Origin: Octopus sinensis | Taxonomy: Eukaryota | DNA length: 5,894 nucleotides | NCBI RefSeq assembly: GCF_006345805.1 | Contig: NW_021829524.1 | Coordinates: 1 to 5,894 of the forward strand | Direction of reading: 5' to 3' | Part shown: positions 5,735-5,894 of the stretch, one piece after another | Layout: each line of letters begins with the position of its first letter | Position numbering within the stretch: the first letter of the stretch is position 1 | Translations under genes and position numbers: made by a program | The notes under the pieces: generated by a model | What the model was told of the DNA's origin: nothing | The model's database searches: none | What the model saw: only the letters and a program-made list of their open reading frames with translations

Positions 5735-5894
5735 GGCGGCGAGCTGGCAGAAACGTTAGCACGCCGGGCGAAATGCGTGGCCGTATTTCGTCTGCCGTTA
5801 CGTTCTGGGTTCAAATTCCGCCGAGGTCGACTTTGCCTTTCATCCTTTCGGGAGCGATAAATTAAGTACCAGTTACGCACTGGGGTCGATGTAA
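5735..5894 (+). mobile_element. tRNA-derived SINE family B (octopus-type), 5' part; continues beyond the window
   Basis: A-box-like TGGCAGAAACG (5745-5755) and B box GGTTCAAATTCC (5808-5819), followed by the body gtcgactttgcctttcatcctttcggga.cgataaattaagtaccag, which I recognise as an abundant octopus SINE (from memory, not database-checked). Confidence 0.85.

Overview
Eukaryotic, AT-rich, non-coding DNA. I recognise the SINE families and the dense (TA)n/(TACA)n arrays as typical of an octopus genome; this is from memory and not database-verified. There is no credible intact protein-coding gene: almost every ORF in the track is a translated microsatellite. The window is a mosaic of four copies of one tRNA-derived SINE family (A) at different stages of decay, the 5' part of a second tRNA-SINE family (B) running off the right edge, a 5'-truncated dead RTE-clade LINE 3' end (~4557-5079), a nested palindromic foldback/MITE-like element (1486-1673) and many simple repeats. 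The most interesting unexplained signal is a near-canonical type I hammerhead ribozyme fold on the minus strand (core 2025-2074, one core substitution) inside a ~255-bp island between microsatellites, suggestive of a retrozyme or Penelope-like element. Weaker signals are a possible Penelope GIY-YIG C-terminal remnant (4467-4543, minus) and an isolated 1-3-1 G-quadruplex motif (3309-3325).
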